64,000 bases of DNA from Octopus sinensis (Eukaryota), in the NCBI RefSeq assembly GCF_006345805.1, contig NC_043009.1, forward strand, positions 18,042,001 to 18,106,000. Reading direction: 5' to 3'. The position numbers were made by a program, and so were the translations under genes. Every line of letters begins with the position of its first letter. The first letter of the stretch is position 1. Shown here piece by piece: positions 1-12,431 of the stretch. A model generated the notes under the pieces. The model did no database searches. It worked only from the letters and a program-made list of their open reading frames with translations, and was not told the origin of the DNA.

Positions 1-35
1 TGGAGCTGAACGCAGATTGAACAGAAATCGTTTTA

Positions 36-124
36 TTTCATTCTACACGTGTTTCGAAAGGCACAAATTACCAAAATCCGATTGAATAATGGGACCATAT
101 TGTGTCTTTCTCTTCAGGAAGAAA
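36..124 (-). ncRNA. Type I hammerhead ribozyme motif, intact core
   Basis: Minus strand reads UUUCUUC-CUGAAGA-GAAAG...CUUUC-GAAA-C-ACGU-GUA/GAAUGAAA. Stem I has 7 bp with one bulge, stem II is GAAAG/CUUUC, and stem III is the palindrome ACACGUGU. Predicted cleavage lies between 44 and 43. Confidence 0.8.
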
Positions 125-166
125 ATAGGAAATCCGTTGGAAAAACAAAAACAACGGATTTCCTAT

Positions 167-253
167 TTTCTTCCTGAAGAGAAACCACAATATGGTCCCA
201 TTATTCAATCGGATTTTGGTAATTTGTGCCTTTCGAACACGTGTAGAATGAAA
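167..253 (+). ncRNA. Hammerhead motif, degenerate inverted copy
   Basis: CUGAAGA at 174-180; GAAA is reduced to GAA by a 1-nt deletion at about 236; ACGUGUA/GAAUGAAA is retained. Confidence 0.65.
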
Positions 254-460
254 TAAAACGATTTCTGTTCAATCTGCGTTCAGCTCCATTTCTTCAATTC
301 ACCAATAATGTTTTAATTTCAATTATCCGCACCAACGCACGGTGCAACACCATATGGTTGTACCTCCAACCGTGCTGTTTACTGCTGTGATTTTTGCTAC
401 TAAGGTATCGGTTAAACTTTTGATTAATCTACTACAAGATTATTCATCTTTCTCTTTCAC

Positions 461-505
<45 letters not shown>

Positions 506-518
506 GTATGTGTATGTA

Positions 519-555
<37 letters not shown>

Positions 556-690
556 TAAGGTATGTAGAAAAATACAACATGGACAAGAACGTATAACTCA
601 TAGAAGACGATACAATAAACATGGACAGGACATTCGAACCCCCCAGTCCTCAGTCAAGAACCGGACCATCGTAGCAACCTCGGCATATAT
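556..690 (-). mobile_element. Interspersed repeat end, same family as 30940-31250
   Basis: The reverse complement (gccgaggttgctacgatggtccggttcttgactgagga...ttcgaatgtcctgtcc...cgttcttgtcc) aligns by eye to 31089-31245; flanked by (TA)n. Confidence 0.7.
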
Positions 691-753
691 ATATATATAT
701 AAATGTATGTGTATATATGTGTGTGTGTGTGTTGTGTGTGTGTATATATATAT

Positions 754-914
754 ATTAAAATTAATCAAAGAGCATACTGAGTATGTCTACCTGCTTGAAA
801 TAACAGTCAAAACTCTTATTAAATCGCCAAAAATACACTGATAAGAGTTTAAGAGTTTTGACTGTTATTTCAAGCAGGTAGACATACTTAGTATGTCCTT
901 TGATTAATTTTAAT
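754..914. repeat. Short foldback inverted repeat (65-bp arms 754-818 and 850-914)
   Basis: attaaaattaatcaaag...cagtcaaaactctta is mirrored by taagagttttgactg...tgattaattttaat with few mismatches. Confidence 0.9.
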
Positions 915-1039
915 CCCTCGGCTATTTAATGCTGTTTTTGGCCTGCTATCGCCTGTGTCATTCATTGATTCTGTTTATTACCATTTTTGAAATAGTTACA
1001 TTGGATAATAATAGAATTAATGACACCTTCGTAAATTAA

Positions 1040-1442
1040 TTTTTGGTAAAAATCACCTATCTAGTCAACATCATGGTGTTCGGAGTGATCACTAGTGATG
1101 GCGACGCTACACTTTCATTCATCTTCCCACACGGCCTCACACTCACCACTGAGGCCTACATCAGTGCCTGGAGGATGGAGTGTGCCCTGAGTAAAGAGGG
1201 TGGCTGCTGGAAGGACCTATGTCTGGCAACAGGACTCTGCACCATACCACACAAGCAAAAGAACTGTCAGACAGCCATGTTCTGCAACCACATCACCCCT
1301 AACATCTGGCCACCTAACTCCCCAGACAGTAAAGCCATCGATTATGAAGTGTGGAGCAAAGTGAGAGGCCAACAAAACTCCTTGTAACACCAAAGATGAA
1401 CTGAAGTCAAGGATTATGGCAGCATTCACCAACTTAAACAAG
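1040..1442 (+). mobile_element. Tc1/mariner-superfamily transposase remnant (C-terminal catalytic region), cut by the assembly gap
   Basis: Translation includes FGVITSDG and NIWPPNSPDSKAIDYEVWSKV, matching the WPPxSPDLNPxDY motif; frameshifted. Confidence 0.8.
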
Positions 1443-1542
1443 NNNNNNNNNNNNNNNNNNNNNNNNNNNNNNNNNNNNNNNNNNNNNNNNNNNNNNNNNN
1501 NNNNNNNNNNNNNNNNNNNNNNNNNNNNNNNNNNNNNNNNNN
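1443..1542. other. Assembly gap, 100 N
   Basis: Run of exactly 100 n, a placeholder length. Confidence 1.
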
Positions 1543-2448
1543 CATATATATATATATAAATATATATATGTATATATATATATATTTAGTTACCATTTTT
1601 ACCCCTGCGCAAAAAAATCTCAATTTTATTTAATTTGCTTTTTGCGGGCAGGAATGTTTCAATGAAGTCGTGTCTCGCCTTGACCTTCGAAACGCGGAGA
1701 AGATGAAACAGAGGCGACTGAAGAAGGGGAATTTTCCTTGTGTTGTATGTCCTGTACTCTATTTTTTCATTAAGAAAAATGTCCAGTTCTTTGGTTTTGT
1801 GTTTATGTTTGCGTTTCTTATTGGTATGTATATATGCATATGTTTTATTTATTAATTTGTTATATAAATATATATACATATATATATATATACACACATA
1901 CATATATATACATACATATGCTTATATACATATATACACATAGATATGCATATATACATATATACACATACATATGCATATATACATATACACACACATA
2001 TATATACATACACACATACATATATATACATATACACACATATATATACATATACACATACATATGCATATATACATATACACATACATACATATTTCTT
2101 CAGAATTTGTTTCTATATATTTTCCATTGCATGTATTTTATTCTTTACTGTGTGAGGTTTAATTCTGAGCTAGAGATCCAGTTTTATCCTCTTAGTCTCT
2201 TCTTCAGAATCTCTTTTTTCGTCTATTTGTCATTGTGCGTATATCACTTTTCCCTGAGTGGTGTTCAAATCCCCAAAATATATACATATATACATACACA
2301 TACATACGTATACTTACATACATACACATACATGTACATATACACACAGAGATTTACACATACATACATCTTTTAATGAAACTTTTCTTGAAAAAAAAAA
2401 GAAAATGAACAGGGAGGCATACTGTATATATATATGTATATATGTGCA

Positions 2449-2824
2449 GGAGTGGTTGTGTGGTAAGTAACTTGCTTACTAAACACATGATTTCCGGTTC
2501 AGTCCCACTGCATGGCACCTTGGGCAAGTGTCTTCTAATATAGCCTCAGGCCGATATGAAAGCCTTGTGAGTGGATTTGGTAGACGGAAGCTGAAAGAAG
2601 CCAGTCGTATATATGTATATGTATATATGCATGTGTGAGCACCCCCCCCCCAATATAGCTTGACAACCGATGCTGCTGTGTTTACATCCCAGTAACTTAG
2701 CGGTTCTGCAAAAGAGACTGATAAAATAAGTACTAGGCTTACAAATAATAAGTCCTGGGGTCAATTTGCTCCACTAAAGGTGGTGCTCCAGCATGGCCGC
2801 AGTCAAATGACTGAAACAAGAGAG
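2449..2824 (+). mobile_element. SINE family A, full length (tRNA-like head, internal TA/TG microsatellite, 3' tail)
   Basis: Head ggagtggttgtgtggtaag (A-box-like), ggttcagtccc (B-box-like) and ccttgggcaagt; ends gcagtcaaatgactgaaacaag; many copies in the window. Confidence 0.9.
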
Positions 2825-2826
2825 TT

Positions 2827-2875
<49 letters not shown>

Positions 2876-2964
2876 GTAAATATACTATATATATGCAAAT
2901 AAATATATACATACTGCCTCCTCCAATATGTGGCACCCTCACTTGCACCTCTTGCTCAAAATAT

Positions 2965-5015
2965 CTGGCGGTGTTGGCTATAGCCTAGTCACCCATATAG
3001 CTAACCAGGTGATACATGATAGACTCATACCCGGTGACTGGTGTAGCAGCACCATAGTCAACTGCTATGAAGGTAAAGTGACGCTTTAGATACAAATAAT
3101 TACAGAGGTATCAAGTTGTTGGATCAGGTAATGAAGGTCACGGACAGGGTCATAGCCCAACTAATTAGGGCGAGAGTCAGTTTAGATGAGATGCAGTTTG
3201 GGTTTGTGCCAGAAAACCACTGATGCTATATTTCTGGCAAGACAGCGGCAGAAGAAATACCTTGCCAAAGATAAACCTCTGCACTTGACTTTACCTTACC
3301 ATGGAGAAAGCTTTTGATAGGGTCCCCTGATCCCTTATCTAGTGGTCAATGAGGAAACTAGGGACAGATGAATGGTTAGTGAGAGCTGTGCAAGCCATGC
3401 ACAGGGACGCTGTCACTAAGGTGTGTGTTGGCAACAAGTACAGTGAAGAATTCTGGGTAGAGGTAGGGATCCACCAAGGTTCAGTCCTCAGCCCCCCTCC
3501 TATTTATGAAAGTCCTCCAGGCAATAATGGAGGAATTTAAGACAGCATCCTCCTGGGAGCTCCTCTATGCTGATGACTTTGTTCTAATTACTGAGTCAAT
3601 ATCAGAACTAGAGGAGAAGTTTCAGATTTGGAAGCAAGGATTAGAATCAAAGGGCCTTAGAGTCAACCTAGCTAAAACCAAAGTCCTAATAAGTAGGAAG
3701 GTAGGCAAACCACAAATCCCTTCAGGTAGATGGCCCTGCTCGATCTGTAGAAAAGGCGTAGGTAGAAACTCTGTAAGATGGACACATAAGAGGTGCAGCA
3801 ATATTAAAGGAAGTCTAACTGAGAAGATAGTTTTTGTATGTGGCAGATGCTCAGGAGCAATAAACACTGAAAATGTGCAGAGAACAACTTCTGCCACATT
3901 CCAGGGAGTAAAACTAGAAGTAGTTGATAGCATCCGTTACCTAGGTGACCAAGTCAGTAGCAGGGGTGGGTGCTCTGAAAGTGTAGCTGTTAAAATAAGA
4001 ATAGCCTGGGCAAAGTTCAGAGAGCTCTTACCTCTGCTGGTGACAAAGGGCCTCTCACTCAGAGTAAAACGTAGACTGTATGATGCATGTGTACGAAGAG
4101 CCATGCTGCATGCAGTGAAACATGGGCCGTGACTGCTGAGGACATGCGTAAGCTTGCAAGGAATGAAGCCTGTATGCTCCACTAGATGTGTAATATCAGT
4201 GTGCATACTCGACAGATTGTAAGTACCTTGAGAGAAAAGTTGGACCTAAGAAGCATCAGATGTGGTGTGCACTGCTCTGGTATGGTCCTGTGGTGAGAAT
4301 GGATGAGGATAGCTGTGTGAAAAAGTGCCACATCCAAGCAGTTGAGGGAACCTGAGGAAGAGGTAGACCCAGTAAGACCTGGGATGAAGTGGTGAAGCAT
4401 GACCTTCGAACATTAGGCATCACTGAGGCAATGACTAGTGACCGAGATGTTTAGAAATATGCTGTGCTTGAAAACACCCGGAAAGCCAAGTGAGACCATA
4501 ACCCGTGGCCTATGCCAGGGGTGTAACCAGCCTACTTATGCATACCTTTCCTTCATTGGACACTAAACACTGCGAAGACCTGTTGAGGCAAGTGAAATCC
4601 AAATCAAATTCAATGACAGCACCGCATGACTGGCATCCGTGCCAGTGGAGCGTTAAGAGCACCACCCAAGTGTGATCGTCGCCAGTGCCGCCTTGCTGGA
4701 ACTAGTGCTGGTGGCACGTCAAAGAATATACTCGAGCGAGGTCATTGCCAGTGCTGCTGGACTGGTTCCTGTGCAGGTGGCATGTAAAATACACAGTTTG
4801 AGCATGGCCGTTGCCAGTACCGTCTGGCTGGCCCTCGTACCGGGGGCACGTAAAAGCACCCACTAGACTCTCTGAGTGGTTGGCGTTAGGAAGAGCATCA
4901 AGCTGTAGACACTCTGCCAGATTAGATTGGAGCCTGGTGCAGCGATCTGGCTCGCCAATCCTCAGTCAAATCATCCAATCCAAGCCAGCATGGAAAGCGG
5001 ACATTAAATGATGAT
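2965..5015 (+). mobile_element. RTE-clade LINE, 5'-truncated and degenerate (RT, Cys/His finger, 3' UTR with 66-bp repeats, (GAT)n tail)
   Basis: RT motifs NYRGIKLLDQVMK, VGIHQGSVLSP and LLYADDFVL; WPCSICRKGVG...HKRCS...FVCGRC; ends taaatgatgatgat; many stops and frameshifts. Confidence 0.92.
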
Positions 5016-5259
5016 GATATATATATATATACACACAAATATATATATATATGAATATATAATAATAATAATATTGTTTAACAATATTTGCTTGAGTTGC
5101 ATAATAGTGGTTTTATCTCTAATTTATGTTCTATATGAATATACATTCGTCCGTAACTATGTTCACCCAACAGTGTAAAATTAACAGTGGACCTTGAAGC
5201 AGTCCAGCAAACCTTCACAAAAAAATTGTCTCTTTGCAACAGCTCAGGTACTGTAGATA

Positions 5260-7295
5260 TATATGACCCAGTAGAGGGACCAGCTACTGGAATAGACAGG
5301 ACCCTGGTAGATAAAGCAATTAAGAGTATGAAGCCAGGAAAATCCCCTGGCACATCAGGAATTACTGCTGAGATGCTCAAAACATCTGGTGGTGTGGGCT
5401 ATGGCCTAGTCACCAGCATTGTAAACCAGGTAGCAGCACCATAGTCATCTGCTACAAGAGTAAGGGTGATACTTTTGATAGAAATAACTTCAGGGGTATC
5501 AAACTGCTGGATCAGGTGATGAAGGTCACAGAGAGGGCTATACCACAACTAATTAGGGAGAGAGTCTGCTCAGATGAGATGCAGTTCAGTTTTGTGCCAC
5601 TCATGCTATATTCCTGGTAGGGCAACTGCAAGAGAAATACCTAACCAGAGATAAAGCCCTATACTTGGCTTTTGTGGAGTTGGAGAAAGACCTTGACAAT
5701 GTCCCCCGATCCCTTAGCTGGTGGGCGATGCTGAAACTGGGGATTGACGAATGGTTAATAAGGGCTGTATAGGCCCTATACAGAGATGTCATTAGCAAGG
5801 TTAGGGTTGGCAATGAGTATAGTGAAGAATTCCAGGTAGAAGTAGGGGTCCACCAAGGATCAGCCTTCAGCCCCCTCTTATTCATCATAGTCCCCCAGGC
5901 AATAACAGGAATTCAAGACAGGTTGCCCCTGGAAGCTCCTCTATGGTGATAACCTGGTCCTCATAGCAGAATCACTACCAGAACAAGAAATTTCAGGTGT
6001 GGAAGCACCGTTTAGAATCAAAGGGCCTTAGAGTCAATGTTGCAAAGACCAAAGTAGGAAGGCGAACACATCACACACCCCTTCAGGTAGGTGGCCTTGC
6101 TTGATCTGTAGAAAAGGTGTAGGTAGAAACTCCATAAGATGTACCCAGTGTAAGCTTTGAACACATAAGAGGTGCAGCAACATCAAAGGCTGATTAACTG
6201 GAAAGACAGCTTTCGTGTGCAGATGCACAGGGCCAATAAACACCACAGATGCTCCAAAAACACATTCCATCACATGCCAGGGTCAGAAGTAGTTGATAGC
6301 TTCCACTATCTAAGTGACCAAGTCTGTAGTGGGGGTGGATGCTCAGAGATTATTACCACTAGAATAAGAATAGCCTGGACAAAGTTCAGAAACCTTCTAC
6401 CCCTACTGGTGACAATGGGCCTCTCGCTCAGAGTGAAAGACAGATTATACGATGCATGTGTGCGAAGCGCCATGCTTCACGGCAGTGAAATATGGGCCGT
6501 GACTGCTGAAGACATGCGTAGACTCGAAAGAAATGAAGCTAGCATGATCCACTGGATGTGTAATGTCAGTATGCACACACAATAGAATGGAATGTAAGCG
6601 CCCCGAGAGATGCAAGAGAGAGGTCAGTACTGGTATGGTCGAGGAGAGCTGTGTGAATAAGTGCCACTCACAAACAGTTAAAGGAATCAGGGGTAGAGAG
6701 GAGACCCAGGGAGAGTGGAGATGAGGTGGTGAAACATGACCCTTGATCATTGGGCCTCACAGAGGCAATGAGGGAAGACCGAGACCTCTGGAGATATGCT
6801 GTGAGTGGAAGACCCGACAAATAAAGTGAGTTCACAGCTGTAACCTACACCAGTGTCACATAACCAGCCTCAGCCCACTGAAAGGTACCTTGGAGAGTAG
6901 AGCAACATGTTGTACTAGGGTACATGCTGTGCTTGAGGAGACCTATTGAGTAAAATACATCAAAGTCAAAACCAAATGGAAATTGTAGTTGTGATCCCTG
7001 CACTGGTGGCACATACAAAGCACCATCCAAACATAGCCGATGCCAGTACCGCCCTAACTAAAAAGCAATGGCTGATCGTGATCATTGCTGGCCCTCTCTG
7101 GCCCGTGCCGGTGGCACAAAAAACCACCCACTACACTCTGAGTGGCTAGCTTTAGGAAGGGCGTTCAACTGTAGAAACACTGCCAGATCAGAATTGAGCC
7201 TGGTGCAGCATCATAGCTTCCCAAACACCAGTCGAACCTTCCAACCCATGCCAGAATGGAAAACGGACGTTAAACGATGATGATGATAACGATGA
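5260..7295 (+). mobile_element. Second degenerate RTE-clade LINE of the same family, head-to-tail after the first
   Basis: KAIKSMKPGKSPGTSGITAEML, VGVHQGSAFSP and RIRIAWTKFRNLLPLL; same 3' end (ggacgttaaacgatgatgatgat). Confidence 0.92.
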
Positions 7296-7721
7296 TATAT
7301 ATATATAGTATCCACCCTTAAGGGTTAGTCACATTTAAGTGGCAAATATACTTCACGATGTTGTGCAACTTCTGTTTATACCTCGCTCAGATATTTATTA
7401 TTGTGTGGTTATACTTTTTTGATATCAGTGACTTTTCGTCACTGGAAAAAGATATATTTGCAAAGGGAACCCACTTTCCATCGGCAATCGGTGATTCTCC
7501 ACGCTGATGAAGGGTCAATAACCAGTGTATATATACACATATACATATATACATATACATATAGATATATACATATACATATATATATAGATATATACAT
7601 ATACATATATATATAGATATATACATATACATATATATATAGACATATACATATATATATAGATATATACATATACATATATATATAGATATATACATAT
7701 ACATATATATATATATACACA

Positions 7722-7905
7722 TTTCATTTTGGGATTTGGTTTGCAAGATTCTTTATACGCGTTCATGTGTTGAAGCATATTCTGTTGTCTGGGGAGAGTC
7801 ATTCTCCTTTAGTGTCTTATTATTTAACACACTCACCGGTAAAATTTCAACTTATTTCTTATTTTTATTTTCTAAAATTTTTGTTGCATCATGCAACCTT
7901 TTCAA
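7722..7905. mobile_element. Solo terminal-repeat fragment of the PLE family at 47240-48790
   Basis: gatttggtttgcaagattcttt...tctggggagagtcattc...caccggtaaa matches 47250-47400. Confidence 0.75.
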
Positions 7906-7929
7906 TATATATATACATATATATATATA

Positions 7930-8307
7930 TCTCTCTATATATAAAGCTGAAGTTGTCTGTGTATGGCAGGTTTGGTAGCCTTCAACTAACTCTATCTCCT
8001 CCGAGACCCTGCGGTGCAAGTTGACCAAAATTGAGAGTATGATAGAAGAAGGTTTGCTCTTCCTTCCACAGAAGAAAAAATTCAAATCGGATCATGGTAA
8101 CACCAAAAATTATTTACATCAAAAAGGTGCTCTTTTTCTATGAAAATCCCAATTTTTTTAGGGCTGTGTCGCCATTTTTCGGTGTATTTCAACCAGAAAA
8201 ATGTTCACTTAAAGAGAATAACTAGCTACATAATGCAAAATTTTTACTTTTCAAAAATTCCAATTCTAAAGGGTCGAACAACCTAGCATGCCGGGCGATA
8301 CTGCTAG
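7930..8307 (+). mobile_element. Non-autonomous Helitron-like element
   Basis: Begins TC(tc)tatatataaagctgaagttgtctgtg and ends with a GC-rich subterminal stretch plus CTAG (gccgggcgatactgCTAG) followed by T; no target-site duplication (TSD) seen. Confidence 0.6.
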
Positions 8308-8641
8308 TATATATATATAGATATATATACACGTATATATACATATATAGATAGATAGATAGATAGATAGATATACATATATAGATAGATAGATAGATAT
8401 ACATGTATATATATATATATATTATTTTTATTTATTTTATTTTATCTAGTTTCAGCTCACGAGCTGAAGCCATGCTGGGGCACCGCCATTCGGTATTGCT
8501 ACATGATTTTACTTCATGAATGCTTTTTAGACAATATATATATATTAACTTCTCTGTCTATATATCTACCCTCTTTGTAATGTTGGCAAACGAAATAAGT
8601 ATAAGAATGTGCATTGCTCATTTAATTAAAAAATTCTATAG

Positions 8642-8727
8642 GTGGCTGAAGATTGCTCGTCATTTTAAAATTGATGTAATACTTAGAGTGTTTAATAAAA
8701 TGAAGTAGCATGAAACAATTGTACTAC
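8642..8727 (+). ncRNA. Hammerhead motif, degenerate, long loop II
   Basis: GUGG-CUGAAGA (8646-8652)-UUGCU...AGCAU-GAAAC-AAUU-GUA/CUAC; the stem II closing pair is a U-U mismatch. The downstream ttggatatccatgttgcttattttgat matches the pLTR family at 14000-14140 and 25290-25494. Confidence 0.6.
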
Positions 8728-8756
8728 ACTACCTTGGATATCCATGTTGCTTATTT

Positions 8757-8759
<3 letters not shown>

Positions 8760-8793
<34 letters not shown>

Positions 8794-9579
8794 CATACAC
8801 ATATATATATATATACATACATACACATATATATATATATATTACATACTACATATATATATATACATACATACACATATATATATATATATACAACATA
8901 CACACATATATATATAATATATATATATACATACACACACATATATATATACATACATATACATATATATACATACATATACATATATATATATACATAT
9001 ATATACATACATATACATACATATACATATATATACATACATACATATACATATATATACATACATATACATATACATACATACATATACATATACATAC
9101 ATACATATACATATATACATATACATACATACACACACACATATATATACATACACACACACATATATATACATACACATACATACATATACATACATAT
9201 ATATACATACACATATATACATACATACACATATATACATACACATATATACATACACATACATACATATATATACATACACATACATACATATACATAT
9301 ATACACATACATACATATACATATATACACATACATACATATACATATATACACATACATACATATACATATATACACATACATACATATACACACGTAT
9401 ATACATAGATACACATATATACAGATACACATATATACACATACATACATACACACACATATATACACATACATACATACACATACATATATACACATAC
9501 ATATACATACATATATACACATACATACATATATATATATACATATATATATACATGCATATATATATATATACACACA

Positions 9580-9613
<34 letters not shown>

Positions 9614-9650
9614 CATATATATAAATACACACACATACATATATATATAT
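8760..9650. repeat. Compound (TA)/(CATA) microsatellite array, about 0.9 kb
   Basis: Continuous atac/atat repeats; source of several spurious ORFs. Confidence 0.98.
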
Positions 9651-9739
9651 AATTTTAATCCAAACGGGAAAACAAAAAAACAACAACAGTGGAACAATTA
9701 CAGTATTATTATTAATAGGCGCTCAGGAAATATATACAT

Positions 9740-10060
9740 ATACATTAGCATTCTCTCGAGCCCAGACTTACCACTTTTGGTGTGCTTGCTCAGGCGGTTC
9801 GCAATCCTTGTCCGTCGTCTCATAAGAATCTTCCTTTCTCTAGGGATCCTGTTTTTGTTTTTGTGTGTGCTGGCTCTGCACACTGGGACATATTTGTCAC
9901 ATATGGCTTGTATTATGGACATGAAGCGTTTGTGTTTCATGTTTATGTCCGGTGTGGAGAGACATTCAGGCCAATCCTGTTTGAGGATCTCTTTCTCGAT
10001 CAACTTCCAATTTGCTTTATGAAAGTTTAGTTTGGAGAGATTGTGGATGCTTCGTATAGG
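9740..10060 (-). mobile_element. CR1/Jockey-like LINE ORF2 fragment (endonuclease-RT linker)
   Basis: [24 protein letters not shown]...ICDKYVP...[12 protein letters not shown], typical of CR1-type linker regions. Confidence 0.6.
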
Positions 10061-10366
10061 CTGCGTGATCTATATATATATGCATATCTACACACATATA
10101 TATATATGTATATCTACACACATATATGTATATCTACACACATATATGTATATCTACACATATATATGTATATCTACACATATATGTATATCTACACATA
10201 TATGTATATCTACACATATATGTATATCTACACATATATGTATATCTACACATATATATGTATATCTACACATATATGTATATCTACACATATATATGTA
10301 TATCTACACATATATATGTATATCTACACATATATATGTATATCTACATATATATATATATATATG

Positions 10367-10754
10367 CAGGAGTGGCCGTGTGGTAAGTAGCTTGTTTACC
10401 AACCACATGGTTTCGGGTTCAGTCCCACTGCGTGGCACCTTGGGCAAGTGTCTTCTACTATAGCCTCGGGCCGACCAAAGCCTTGTGAGTGGATTTGGTA
10501 GACGGAAACTGAAAGAAGCCCGTCGTATATATGTATATATATGTGTGTGTGTTTGTGTGCCTGCGTTTGTCCCCCTAGCATTGCATGACAACCGATGCTG
10601 GTGTGTTTATGTCCCCGTTACCTAGCGGTTCGGCAAAAGAGACCGATAGAATAAGTACTGAGCTTACAAAAGAATAAGTCCAGGGGTCGAGTTGCTCGAC
10701 GAAAGGCAGTGCTCCAGCATGGCCGCAGTCAAATGACTGAAAAGAGTAAAGAGT
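10367..10754 (+). mobile_element. SINE family A, full length, young copy with (aaagagt) tail
   Basis: Same architecture as 2449-2824, with few deviations from the other copies. Confidence 0.92.
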
Positions 10755-10793
10755 AATATCTACATATATATATCTACATATATATATATAATC

Positions 10794-10824
<31 letters not shown>

Positions 10825-12430
10825 CTGCATATATATATATATATATATATATCTGCATATATATATATATGTATATCTACATATATGTATATCTGCCATA
10901 TATATATATGTATATCTGCATATATATATATATGTATATCTACATATATATATATATGTATATCTACATATATATGTATATGTATATCTACATATATATA
11001 TGTATATGTATATCTACATATATATATGTATATGTATATCTACATATATATATGTATATGTATATCTACATATATATATGTATATGTATATCTACATATA
11101 TATATATGTATATGTATATCTACATATATATATGTATATGTATATATCTACATATATATATGTATATGTATATATCTACATATATATATGTATATGTATA
11201 TATCTACATATATATATGTATATGTATATATCTACATATATATATGTATATGTATATATCTACATATATATATGTATATGTATATATCTACATATATATA
11301 TAAGTATATCTACATATATATATACGTATATCTACATATATATATATGTATATCTACATATATATATGTATATCTACATATATATATATGTATATCTACA
11401 TATATATGATGTATATCTCATATATATATGTATATCTACTATATATATTATGTATATCTACATATATATGTATATCTACATATATATATATCTATATTAT
11501 ATATATATCTACATATATAATATGTATATCTACATATATATATAGTATATCTACATATATATATATGTATATCTACATACATATATATATATCTACATAT
11601 ACATATATCTATTATCTACATAACTATATATATATCTACATACATATATATATGTATATCTACATATACATATATATATGTATATCTACATATACATATA
11701 TATATGTATATCTACATATACATATATATATGTATATCTACATATATATATATGTATATCTACATATATATATATGTATATCTACATATATATATATGTA
11801 TATCTACATATATATATATGTATATCTACATATACATATATATATATGTATATCTACATATACATATATATATGTATATCTACATATACATATATATATG
11901 TATATCTACATATACATATATATATGTATATCTACATATACATATATATATGTATATCTACATATACATATATATATGTATATCTACATATACATATATA
12001 TATGTATATCTACATATACATATATATATGTATATCTACATATACATATATATATGTATATCTACATATACATATATATATATGTATATCTACATATACA
12101 TATATATATATGTATATCTACATATACATATATATATGTATATCTACATATACATATATATATGTATATCTACATATACATATATATATGTATATCTACA
12201 TATACATATATATATGTATATCTACATATACATATATATATGTATATCTACATATACATATATATATGTATATCTACATATACATATATATATGTATATC
12301 TACATATACATATATATATGTATATCTACATATACATATATATATGTATATCTACATACATATATATATATCTTCATATATATGTATATCTACATACATA
12401 TATATCTTCATATATATGTATATCTACATA
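10755..12430. repeat. Minisatellite of tatctacata(ta)n(tg) units, about 1.7 kb
   Basis: Recurring gtatatctacatat core with variable TA stutter; a homogeneous unit of about 24-26 bp across 11650-12350. A related array lies at 10060-10365. Confidence 0.97.
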
Positions 12431-12431
12431 T

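Larger units (their letters stand above)
1..288. repeat. Foldback palindrome: arms 1-139 and 152-288, 12-nt spacer; inverted pair of PLE-type terminal repeats, probably extending left of the window
   Basis: 1-139 is the near-perfect reverse complement of 152-288, with only a few substitutions and 1-nt indels; each arm contains a hammerhead motif. Confidence 0.95.

Noticed and set aside
2449-2530. tRNA genes at SINE heads
   Set aside because: A- and B-box-like motifs are present, but there is no cloverleaf and the sequence continues into the SINE body; these are SINEs, not tRNAs.
7500-7525. Hammerhead at CUGAUGA-A-GGG-UCAAUA-ACC
   Set aside because: Truncated by a microsatellite before GAAA, so at most a 5' half-motif.
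10755-12430. CRISPR-like repeat array
   Set aside because: Eukaryotic context, no unique spacers and no cas genes; it is a simple minisatellite.
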